Assembly (NCBI GenBank): GCA_003144275.1
Contig: NJBF01000046.1
Location: 1-24,305, forward strand
Reading direction: 5' to 3'
DNA length: 24,305 nucleotides
Origin: Candidatus Heimdallarchaeota archaeon B3_Heim
GTDB taxonomy: Archaea; Asgardarchaeota; Heimdallarchaeia; Hodarchaeales; Hodarchaeaceae
Below are positions 9,231-17,490 of the stretch, one piece after another (the stretch's first letter is position 1; every line of letters starts with the position of its first letter). The notes beneath the pieces are model-generated. The model saw only the letters and a program-made list of their open reading frames with translations, did not search any database and was not told the DNA's origin. A program made the translations under genes and the position numbers.

Positions 9231-10070
9231 ATGGCTGAAGTGGAAATAAAATCATCAACTCTTTCCGAAAATTACAGGTCTTTAGGTCTGATTATAGGAT
9301 TATTTTTATTTTTTCTGGTTTTTAAAATGCTCGATATCTTCTAGCTAACCCTAGATGAGGACTGGGGAGATATTCTTCTTTCTAAATCATTTTCTGTTAT
9401 TTAATTTTATTTCTACTTATCTTTATGGGAAAAACTCTTGCAGATATCGGTATAAAAAAGGAGTATTTCTTTTACAATATTTTATTTAGTTTGGGATTTG
9501 TAATCCTCTCCATTGTCTCTATGCGTCTTATGTATACCTTTATTGTCGGGGATTTCGCCGCCGCATGGGATTTTTCTGAGGTCACGGTTATGTTTCTCTA
9601 CTTCACTTTCGTGACCAATATTGTGAATGTCATGATGGAAGAAAGCTTATTTCGTGGAATCTTTCTCCGTATATCTTTGGATGTCACGCGAAAACACTTC
9701 TGGAAAGCGAATCTTCTTCAAGCGTTTTTCTTTGGCCTTTGGCATTTTCCTACCCCGCTAAAAGGATATGTATCAGGTGAACTTGCTTTTTCTGAAGCAA
9801 TTCTATATATTATTGTCTTGTGTTCCTTAACATTCGCTGTTGCTCTTCCCTGGGGTTATTATTATTTCAAAACTAGTTCTTTACTCCCTCCGTTGATTTT
9901 GGCACTTACTTTGGAATGCTACACTGGGAATTTTACCTCTACCCTCTGATAATATGGTTGCTTATTTGCTCGCGTTACTTGTGGGAACTCTTGTTGCTCT
10001 TGGATCGATTCCGTTATTCGATCGAATTATTTCCCCCAAAGTTCTTGATGAACTACCTCCATGGACCTAA
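9231..10070 (+). pseudogene. CPBP (CAAX/Abi) intramembrane glutamic metalloprotease pseudogene
   Basis: ATG 9231 after a GAGGA RBS; in-frame TAG at 9342-9344; frameshift near 9390; core ORF 9425-9949 carries MMEESLFRG and FFGLWH; second frameshift at ~9903 puts the HLLWN motif and C-terminus in another frame that ends at TAA 10068-10070. Confidence 0.85.
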
Positions 10071-10209
10071 ATTACTCTTTCTGTCATTATCTCTCGAATT
10101 AAGCGAGTCACCTTAGGTAATCCATAGCCTGTTTTCTGACTGGTAACTAGAATTAAAAAATCACTGGTCTTGGGAACTTCCAGTGCATCTTGAATCTTCG
10201 TTTCAATGT

Positions 10210-11028
10210 TTAAAGCTCTAGATCGTAACGAATGGCATCATGTGGGCATACTTCTATACAGCGATTGCAGAAATAGCATTCTCCTTTCTTACTATCTGCT
10301 GCTGCCTCCTGTGTCGGACAGACGATTTCACACTTCCCACAATCTGTGCAATCACTGGTTCGTCGATATTTTATGGTGGCAAATTGACCGCAGAAGGCTG
10401 AACCTGCACCAAATGGGCATAAAAATCGACACCATGGCCGATACAGAAAAAAACTTAGGAAACTTACTACGAGCATAATAAATAACGAGAACCTTATTAT
10501 AAACACGAATCCCGATAGAGGATTAACCTCTGAGAAAAAAGAAATCCCTAGAAAACTAGTAATGAACAAAATACCAAGAAAAACCCATCGAATCTTAGTA
10601 GATAACCGTAAATCTACGTTTATATGAGATGTATTTTTTTGGTAACTCGTAACATCTGATGGAAAATTCTTCTGTGATATTACTTCTTGTAATGCTCCTA
10701 AGGGGCACACAAAACCGCAAAAAATTCTTCCTACAACTAGTGAGGAGCCCATTATTACACCACATATTGCAAGGGGATGAAGAACTCCGATCAGATCTCC
10801 TTTACTTGCGATTACGTTTAGTGTATATTCTATTGGTAAAACAACATTGGGAATACCCCCTAAAAACACCCCCGCAAAGAAAATGGCAATTAAATAAAGA
10901 AAAATGCCTCGTCGTTTGCTCATCGAGTGTGAATTGATCAAAACGAGACTAAGTATAAAGAATATTATCCAAAAGAGGATCATTGGTACTGCAGAATCGG
11001 TAGTGAGGTCTTCAAATTGCATTAGCAT
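10210..11028 (-). CDS. NapH/MauN/NosR-like membrane polyferredoxin (4Fe-4S binding protein)
   Basis: About 5 TM helices; two CxxxCP motifs (GRIFCGFVCPLGALQE, RPWCRFLCPFGA); two ferredoxin motifs CTDCGKCEIVCP and CYFCNRCIEVCP. Confidence 0.9.
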   Translation of the reverse strand: MLMQFEDLTTDSAVPMILFWIIFFILSLVLINSHSMSKRRGIFLYLIAIFFAGVFLGGIPNVVLPIEYTLNVIASKGDLIGVLHPLAICGVIMGSSLVVGRIFCGFVCPLGALQEVISQKNFPSDVTSYQKNTSHINVDLRLSTKIRWVFLGILFITSFLGISFFSEVNPLSGFVFIIRFSLFIMLVVSFLSFFLYRPWCRFLCPFGAGSAFCGQFATIKYRRTSDCTDCGKCEIVCPTQEAAADSKKGECYFCNRCIEVCPHDAIRYDLEL

Positions 11029-11090
11029 AATATTGTCAGATCCTCTCGGTTCTCAACATAGAGGGAATTAGCTACGATGTGAGTTCTTGA

Positions 11091-11303
11091 TCATTTTTTG
11101 GGCTTTTTAAACCAAATTGCGATGGGACTTTGACAGTGCTCACAAATGGTTGCCATTCGTGTGCCATAGGAATTGCTCACTAAAGTATTCCAGAAAGATT
11201 TTTTCTTTATCTGGGTTATTTCTGTACCTGTAGGTGTGGCTATTTCTGTCATTTTTCCACAAATTGGACAGCTTAATTTTTCGACAACCATTTTTCTTAC
11301 CAT
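11091..11303 (-). CDS. Small Zn-ribbon protein
   Basis: 70 aa with CPIC and CEHC pairs and a basic tail; GGAG RBS directly upstream of the start. Confidence 0.7.
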   Translation of the reverse strand: MVRKMVVEKLSCPICGKMTEIATPTGTEITQIKKKSFWNTLVSNSYGTRMATICEHCQSPIAIWFKKPKK

Positions 11304-11451
11304 AGAGGGAGGAAGGGATGAAATGCATAAATGTTTTGGATAAAGTAGTCTGTTGATGTAATTTGTCTTGCTACAAAAAGTGGATTATACTTAAGTAAAT
11401 TCAAAAGAATTCATATACTCCTATGCCTAGTTTGTCTGGTGGATATTTTCA

Positions 11452-12063
11452 ATGAAGATTCTTCTCTGCGCTGATCTGGAGGGGGATTTTTCCCGATTAT
11501 TCCAGCTAGCTGAAAATATGGATTCCGAAACGATCTGTATTTGTTGTGGAGACATTTTTGATTATCATCATCCTCCTGAAAAACATTTCAAGTTTCCATT
11601 ACGTTTTTTCAGTGTGAGGGGGAATAAAGAACTGTGGGGAGGAGAAAAACTCCAGCAGACACTAAAAAGAGTACCAAACTTTTTTTGGCTCAATGAACAT
11701 CTTGACTTAATTTTTGGATTAACAGGTCTTCGTTTCTTTGGTATCGATCATATGCATGAACCCACAAGTATTCCAGAAACGACTGATGTTCTTATTTCCC
11801 ATCGACCTGCTTTCGGATTAGCTGATAAGTGTAAAAACCCACGAAGTACTGAAATGTTTAACCATTGTGGAAGTAAAGCGGTAAGATCCATAGTTGATAC
11901 CTTTAACCCTCGACTCTTTGTTGCGGGCCATATTCATTACTTCCAAACTCAAGAAACCCATAAGACTCTTGCTATCACCTTACCCCCAAGTCTTAGCACC
12001 CCTATCGTGATGATAGAAGAGAGAACAATTACAATTGATGACCAGAAACATTTTTCGCTTTAA
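11452..12063 (+). CDS. Calcineurin-like metallophosphoesterase (Icc/MPPED-like) with variant motifs
   Basis: MKILLCADLEG (motif I), CGDIFD (II), GNKE (III), LISHRP (IV), VAGHIH (V). Confidence 0.85.
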   Translation: MKILLCADLEGDFSRLFQLAENMDSETICICCGDIFDYHHPPEKHFKFPLRFFSVRGNKELWGGEKLQQTLKRVPNFFWLNEHLDLIFGLTGLRFFGIDHMHEPTSIPETTDVLISHRPAFGLADKCKNPRSTEMFNHCGSKAVRSIVDTFNPRLFVAGHIHYFQTQETHKTLAITLPPSLSTPIVMIEERTITIDDQKHFSL

Positions 12064-12362
12064 GAGCCTTGGATGATCCCTAACCACCTTTTGATACTAT
12101 CATCGAATTCCTGTACAAATTACTCCTACGGTATAGGAGTTAAGCCGACATTATTAACACTGCTCCCAGGGATGGACATAAACTCTTTTATTTCGATAGA
12201 ATTGTGATTGATATTTTCTGAGTGTTACCTGATTTTAAAACTATAAGCCTTCCTTTTTGCCTTAGATTGTCACCAAATTAAATCCGAGGACTTTCTTTAG
12301 TTCGATTTATTAACTTTCAACCCTTAATTTACGAGTAGTCGCAGAATTCTTGAGGAACTAAC

Positions 12363-12689
12363 ATGTTAGTAACAAATGATGAGGACAAATCGCTTTATCA
12401 GATATCTACTGATATATCTGGAGAGCTCGAACCGTATGAGGATCCTTCTCAGCAGTTAAAGAAGGAATCTGTTTATGTATTACTTGATAACGCATTGAAA
12501 AAAATATTCTTATGGATTGGTCAATCAGCAGGCGTTCGTTCACGATTTATTGCCAGTAATGCTGCTCAAAATTTACAAAGAATTAAAGGTTTAACTCATC
12601 GGGTTATTACCATTGACCAAGGTGATGAAACCTCAGAATTCATTAATTCTATTTCGTCAATGGTTATTCCTGATCAATTTTCAAAATAA
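12363..12689 (+). CDS. Single-domain gelsolin-like protein (Asgard 1DGel/ProGel type)
   Basis: Gelsolin-repeat pattern L..ESVYVLLD...KKIFLWIG..AG...RFIA...AQNL....VITIDQGDETSEFI; GAGGA RBS upstream. Confidence 0.85.
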   Translation: MLVTNDEDKSLYQISTDISGELEPYEDPSQQLKKESVYVLLDNALKKIFLWIGQSAGVRSRFIASNAAQNLQRIKGLTHRVITIDQGDETSEFINSISSMVIPDQFSK

Positions 12690-12809
12690 TAGCGAATTAC
12701 TGCCCTGTATACTGAAGCTTTTGACCTTTCTACCGAGTTAGGATATTTCAGAAGTCATTAATCTTGACTTTTTCAATTAAAAAAAAATAAGATCTTGGGC
12801 CAATAATAA

Positions 12810-13289
12810 TTAGTCTTCATCATTTGGACCAAAGATTCGTTCTTTCTCTCGTTCAAATTCTGATTCAGTGATAATTCCTCTTTCTCGAAGTGCTGCTAAT
12901 CTCTCCAATTTCGATATGCGATCAGTTCCTGAGAATGTGCGATCAACTGCGGAGGAAAGTTGTTTATCAATCTGGACAGCTCCTTTACCAATGAAATATG
13001 TGAACACGAGAAAAAGAAAACCTAATGCCATAAGTACGATTCCTATAACAAGTAATCCAGCTGTTGCAATTAAAGGACTTGTAGTACCTTGGCCTGCAAT
13101 ACCCAAGATATGGACTTCTGAAAGTATCTCTGGATATGCTAACGGAATCCAGCTAATTGCTATAATTATTCCACCAGCAAAAGATAGAGCAGTCCCTGTT
13201 ACTCCTACTACAAACATTAGAAGGAGAACCACGAATCCTGCTACCCCTCGATATGCTAATTTTATTAATCCGCTACCTACGTCACTCAT
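12810..13289 (-). CDS. Membrane protein with C-terminal SHOCT domain
   Basis: 2-3 hydrophobic helices, then ISKLERLAALRERGIITESEFEREKERIF, the SHOCT consensus. Confidence 0.85.
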   Translation of the reverse strand: MSDVGSGLIKLAYRGVAGFVVLLLMFVVGVTGTALSFAGGIIIAISWIPLAYPEILSEVHILGIAGQGTTSPLIATAGLLVIGIVLMALGFLFLVFTYFIGKGAVQIDKQLSSAVDRTFSGTDRISKLERLAALRERGIITESEFEREKERIFGPNDED

Positions 13290-13514
13290 GTTTAGTTCCT
13301 TCTATGATAGCTCTATAATAAGTCAATCGGGGGTTTTTTAGTTTACTATGTATTAAACGATACTGTTCCCATAAAGATGGAATTTCGACAGACATTTTGA
13401 TAACACCATTGCGTTTTACAAGAATATAGACTGGGCTGATTACTAGATTTACTCAATAACTATATATCCTTTAAAAATTAATTTACCAAAATTTGAAAAT
13501 ATACTTAGATTTAG

Positions 13515-13530
13515 TGTTGGATTTCCAACA
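13515..13530. promoter_or_regulatory. Palindromic putative operator
   Basis: TGTTGGA-TT-TCCAACA, a perfect 7-bp inverted repeat in the divergent intergenic region between 13289(-) and 13589(+). Confidence 0.3.
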
Positions 13531-13588
13531 GTTGCGGATGTTTAAAAGGAATCTTTATATTTATTGACTGTCTATTATATCAATATTA

Positions 13589-14335
13589 ATGATTAATGCG
13601 GTTGGAATATATATTATGGTTAGTAATGAGTTAATAGATTTCGAGTACTGGAAAGGAGATCTTAAAACAATGCTGCATTATCGAACAAAAAATCTCGATA
13701 ATGAAGTTAATTCGGCAGCGGTGATCGATAACTTTGATCCTGATTTAGATCCTGAACCCGAACCGATTACTATATCAGATTATTACACCGTCGATCTTCA
13801 GAATTTAAGGATATTTATCAGGAAACGTTTTAACTTTGATGTTATATTTTTACCTGATATAGACCATCATGTTCTCAATAGAAAATTATGCCCTGTGCGA
13901 CATCTCATGCCATTATCTAGTATAATGCATTTAATTAGTCCGCCATGGAAATGGTCTGCCCATCACGCGATTATGCTTGTAGATGAATTTGGTCGTTATA
14001 TGGACGTTTTTAGAGTCGATAACTATTTTTATCATGAAAAATGTTATATTCTATGTTTTTATAAGGGTAGAGATGACATTATAGGGTTCTTTGAGAAATT
14101 CTATAACTATGATGAATTTATAAATAGAAATAGAGAAAAAATAAGGATTTACTTACAGACACATCACAAGGAATGTCTAATTGATAGTGAAGTGCCTGAT
14201 TTATTATTAGATAATATTCTTAATGACATACGAGTAAGAATGGAGGGTTCGGAGGTGGGATTTGGGATCCATGTGATTGATGCAATAAAGGATTGGTTGC
14301 AAAATGGTGACGATTGGATATCCGAAATGGAATAA
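13589..14335 (+). CDS. Hypothetical protein (no family recognised)
   Basis: 248-aa open frame in AT-rich DNA, where long chance ORFs are unlikely; true start may be Met10 (MVSNELID). Confidence 0.7.
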   Translation: MINAVGIYIMVSNELIDFEYWKGDLKTMLHYRTKNLDNEVNSAAVIDNFDPDLDPEPEPITISDYYTVDLQNLRIFIRKRFNFDVIFLPDIDHHVLNRKLCPVRHLMPLSSIMHLISPPWKWSAHHAIMLVDEFGRYMDVFRVDNYFYHEKCYILCFYKGRDDIIGFFEKFYNYDEFINRNREKIRIYLQTHHKECLIDSEVPDLLLDNILNDIRVRMEGSEVGFGIHVIDAIKDWLQNGDDWISEME

Positions 14336-14617
14336 TTTTTAGGTATTTGTAAGTGAATTTATATTTAGAATAGATTGTGATGGGCTGTGATAGTATGTCT
14401 TTCTTACAAAATAGAAAAAGGATGATTCTGTTTGCATTATTCATTATTGTAATACCTCCGATAATGAATAACAATGTAATGAGTGTCCTTACGGCAGTTT
14501 GTAATTAAAAAATTCTTATCCGACTAATCACAATATTCAAATCTCGATACACAGAAGGATAAAGAAGTAGAAAATAACTCTACATCCCAGAGAAACTAGA
14601 AAAAAGAAATATTAACT

Positions 14618-17167
14618 TCAAGTGAGAAATAAGATTTCCCCTTTTCCACTCAACTCTAAAAATTTGCTTTTACCAGTTTGGTGTTCAACGAGATACCCTC
14701 TAGATACAAGATGTTTTATCCTTTTTCTAGCTGTTGGCCTACTTATCTTTAATTCCTCTCCAATATCCGAATATGAAGGTTTAACACCAACACCATTCTG
14801 CTGAAATACGTACTTTAAGATTTGAAGAAATTCTTCTGAAAAATTGGCTATAAAACGAGGTTCTAGAGCGTGAGTTTCTTTTTCTATAACTGCTATCTCT
14901 CGTTCTGTCAAAGTAGAAGTATCTACAGACAAAAGTACGACTAGATTATTGAAGTAAGTCATTTCGTTTAGTTTAAAAATAAATTTAGTGACAATTTCAA
15001 AACCCTCTTTCAAAAATAAATATTCCAAACGATCAAATAGGAATACTGACTTTCGAGGGGTTTCTTTCATTATATTCAAAAGAGTCTCAAAGTTATTTTT
15101 CTCAGTTAGTTGGAAAAATGCGATTTTTTCCTTAATATGATTAGTAAAATCCCTTTTTGGAGTACGAGAAACAATAAATCCATTATATCCGACTTTGGTG
15201 AGATCCTCGAAAACAGTTTGCGACAACCTGGGCAATTTTTCTTTTATGAAATACATTTTACCATCTTCAACCTTGAATTTAAGTAATTGAGATTTTAGTT
15301 CCTCTTCTTTTTCTTTTAGAGCCGAAATATCTTCGATCATCGCAAGAAGAAAGCTTGGTTCACCTTTCTCGTTTTTTAGTAATGTTACAGTAGTTTGAGC
15401 CCATAAAAAATCTGAATTTTTCTTAAGATACCGTTTTTCTGTCTGATAGATTGAATTTTTTCCTTCTATTAATCGCTCGACAAATTTGATATCCCTTTTC
15501 ACATGTTCAGGGTGAGTGATTTCTGGAAAAGTTAATTGAGTTAATTCTTGTTCAGAATATCCAAGCATATTACAAAATACTGCATTTACTTTACTAAATT
15601 GATAGTTTAAATCAGTTAATAACATTCCTATCGGTGCGTTTTCAAAAATGGATCTGAATTTTTCCTCACTTTCCCGTAGCTCCTCCTCCATCATTTTTTG
15701 TTCAGTTATATCTGTAGATATAAGCCCTAGTCCATCACCCACCTTGAAAGCTTTCAAAGAAAATCGTACATCCCCAAAACGTTTGCTAGGCACTGTTCTA
15801 TCTGTGGTCATTGGTTTACCAGTTTCTACGACCTGTTTATAATCTACAATATTTGTAGGATGAAGAAGAAACTTTTCAATATTCACCCCTAGTGGGAGGT
15901 TTTTGTCATAGGCTTTTTTAGTCAATTTATTCGAGGCTCTATTGGCGAGTACAAGGTTTAAATTTGAATCCCAAAGTGAATACGAGTCTGTGGCCGCATC
16001 CAAGAAACTCCTAAGCATTTCTTCATTTTTACGTATTTCTTCCTCCATTTTTTTACGTTCTGTAATATCTGTTGTTATTATTCCCAAACCTTCTCCCATC
16101 TTGAAAGCTTTCTGAGAAACGATTATTTCTCCGTATTGTTGCGGAGGTCCAATTCTATCTGCAATAAAAGATACTCCAGTTTCTAGTACCTTCTTGTAAA
16201 AATTTATGTCCTCAGGGTTGGGATGGAATTCTGCAATATGCTTACCCAGAATATTTTCCTTTTTTTCTTCTCTGGTGTATTTTTCTAATCCCGCTGGATT
16301 GACATCTAGTAACCTTAAATTTGAATCCCAGATAGAAAAGGAGTCAGTAGCGGCATCCATAAATCCTCTAAGTCTTTCTTCGCTTTTACGGATTTGTTGT
16401 TCCATTATCTTTCGGTCTGTAATATCTCGGATAATTGTAAGTATTTGAATAACCTTTTTCTGATCCTTATCGAAGATCGGAATTTTCTTCGTCTCGGTAA
16501 AATATACTACACCTCTAATTTCTGTTTGTTCTTCAGAGCCTATGATTTCGCCTCTTTTAAAAACAGATTGATACTCAATTTCAACTTGTTTCGGAAGAAA
16601 AGGAAAGGCCTCAGCCACTTTCTTTCCAATAATAACTGGATTCAGTTTTAAGCTTCTTAACCAGGGGTAAAAAGCGTGATTTGTAAGAATAATTTCATGG
16701 TCCTGATTTATGACGTGAATTGGATCTCCGATAGAATTGATAGCTGTTCGATATTGTTCTTCTGACGCCTGCATTGTCTTCTCCATCCCAATTCGCTCTG
16801 TAACATCCCGAGCGATTCCTAAATATCCAATAATTTTCCCTTGTGAGATTTGTGGAGTTGCTTTTGATTCAAGAATTACTAGAGACCCATTCTTTGTTGG
16901 AACACGCGCAGAATATGGAGGAGGAATTTCTCCACGAATTGTTGCGCGAAATCCTTCCTGTACTATCTCGGAATCCTCTGGATGTACTAATTCTAAGAAA
17001 TGCTTACCGATCCATTTTTCTCTGGACCATCCAGTTATTGTTTCAAATTCATGCGATATAGAGGTTATGAGACCTTCACCATCAAGAGTGAAAATGATGT
17101 CACGGATATTATCCCAAATATATTGGAATAATTCTTCAGAAAGTGGTTTATTTGTCAAATAGAACAA
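14618..17167 (-). CDS. One-component sensor/regulator: 5 PAS/PAC domains + DUF835 (degenerate KaiC/RecA-like) + C-terminal winged HTH
   Basis: Five PAS units, each ending in a DIT/DVT/DIS motif (RDVTER, RDITDRK, TDITERK, TDITEQK, EDISALK); DUF835-like GYNGFIVSRTP...VFLFDRLEYL...VLLSVDTSTLTEREIAVIEKE; wHTH PSYSDIGEELKISRPTARKRIKHLVSRGYL; TTG start with a GGAG RBS. Confidence 0.85.
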   Translation of the reverse strand: MFYLTNKPLSEELFQYIWDNIRDIIFTLDGEGLITSISHEFETITGWSREKWIGKHFLELVHPEDSEIVQEGFRATIRGEIPPPYSARVPTKNGSLVILESKATPQISQGKIIGYLGIARDVTERIGMEKTMQASEEQYRTAINSIGDPIHVINQDHEIILTNHAFYPWLRSLKLNPVIIGKKVAEAFPFLPKQVEIEYQSVFKRGEIIGSEEQTEIRGVVYFTETKKIPIFDKDQKKVIQILTIIRDITDRKIMEQQIRKSEERLRGFMDAATDSFSIWDSNLRLLDVNPAGLEKYTREEKKENILGKHIAEFHPNPEDINFYKKVLETGVSFIADRIGPPQQYGEIIVSQKAFKMGEGLGIITTDITERKKMEEEIRKNEEMLRSFLDAATDSYSLWDSNLNLVLANRASNKLTKKAYDKNLPLGVNIEKFLLHPTNIVDYKQVVETGKPMTTDRTVPSKRFGDVRFSLKAFKVGDGLGLISTDITEQKMMEEELRESEEKFRSIFENAPIGMLLTDLNYQFSKVNAVFCNMLGYSEQELTQLTFPEITHPEHVKRDIKFVERLIEGKNSIYQTEKRYLKKNSDFLWAQTTVTLLKNEKGEPSFLLAMIEDISALKEKEEELKSQLLKFKVEDGKMYFIKEKLPRLSQTVFEDLTKVGYNGFIVSRTPKRDFTNHIKEKIAFFQLTEKNNFETLLNIMKETPRKSVFLFDRLEYLFLKEGFEIVTKFIFKLNEMTYFNNLVVLLSVDTSTLTEREIAVIEKETHALEPRFIANFSEEFLQILKYVFQQNGVGVKPSYSDIGEELKISRPTARKRIKHLVSRGYLVEHQTGKSKFLELSGKGEILFLT

Positions 17168-17209
17168 TCTCTCCGATATTTCTATGAAACTTATTCCCTC
17201 GAAGGAGTG

Positions 17210-17217
17210 TTATAAAA
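17210..17217 (-). promoter_or_regulatory. Putative TATA box for the PAS regulator
   Basis: TTTTATAA on the minus strand ~43 nt upstream of the TTG start, consistent with a short leader containing the GGAG RBS. Confidence 0.45.
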
Positions 17218-17303
17218 TGATCGGCCTCCATTTTACAATAAATGGGGATCGTAGAGGAATTTGTTAAATGTAAAAGAGGAAAATGATAAGAGGGGGGAGG
17301 GAG

Positions 17304-17467
17304 GGAAAGTCAGCAATTTAAAAAAACTAAGTTTTTTGGTTCGCCGACTCTCCATCGTATACATATTTTTCTTTCAATCAGCCTTCGGATGAAATCCGAA
17401 TTACTGAATCGAATTTGTGGGTTTACCAGCGCTTCCAAAAATAAAAATTTTCGATCCGCTCTAACCC
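17304..17467 (-). ncRNA. Putative unclassified structured ncRNA (three long hairpins)
   Basis: Minus-strand stems: GGGUU/AACCC + AGCG/CGCU + UCGAAAAU/AUUUUUGG (17467-17419); UUCGAU-CAGU/GCUG-AUUGAA + UUCGGAU/AUCCGAA (17413-17373); GGAGAGUCGGCGA/UUGCUGACUUUCC + AAAAAAC/GUUUUUU (17353-17304). All non-Watson-Crick pairs within the stems are G.U on this strand. TATA box 24 nt upstream. Confidence 0.6.
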
Positions 17468-17490
17468 TATTTATGATATGACTTTCCATT

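Noticed and set aside
9342-9344. In-frame TAG as possible pyrrolysine/read-through codon
   Set aside because: The same gene has two independent frameshifts, so pseudogenisation is the simpler explanation.
9916-10116. ORF-track 66-aa ORF
   Set aside because: Wrong frame; the real CPBP C-terminus (HLLWNATLG...) runs 9903-10070 in another frame.
11140-11328. Alternative minus-strand 62-aa ORF
   Set aside because: Overlaps the Zn-ribbon ORF, which has the Cys pairs and the RBS.
12122-12140. Hairpin ACTCCTA-CGGTA-TAGGAGT in the 12064-12362 spacer
   Set aside because: Isolated 7-bp stem with no convincing C/D boxes or further structure; may be a terminator but is unsupported.
14220-14474. Minus-strand ORF with a good GGAGGT RBS before MNNANRII
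   Set aside because: Overlaps the 3' end of the 248-aa ORF by ~115 nt and has no recognisable motif; could be a remnant but I cannot support it.
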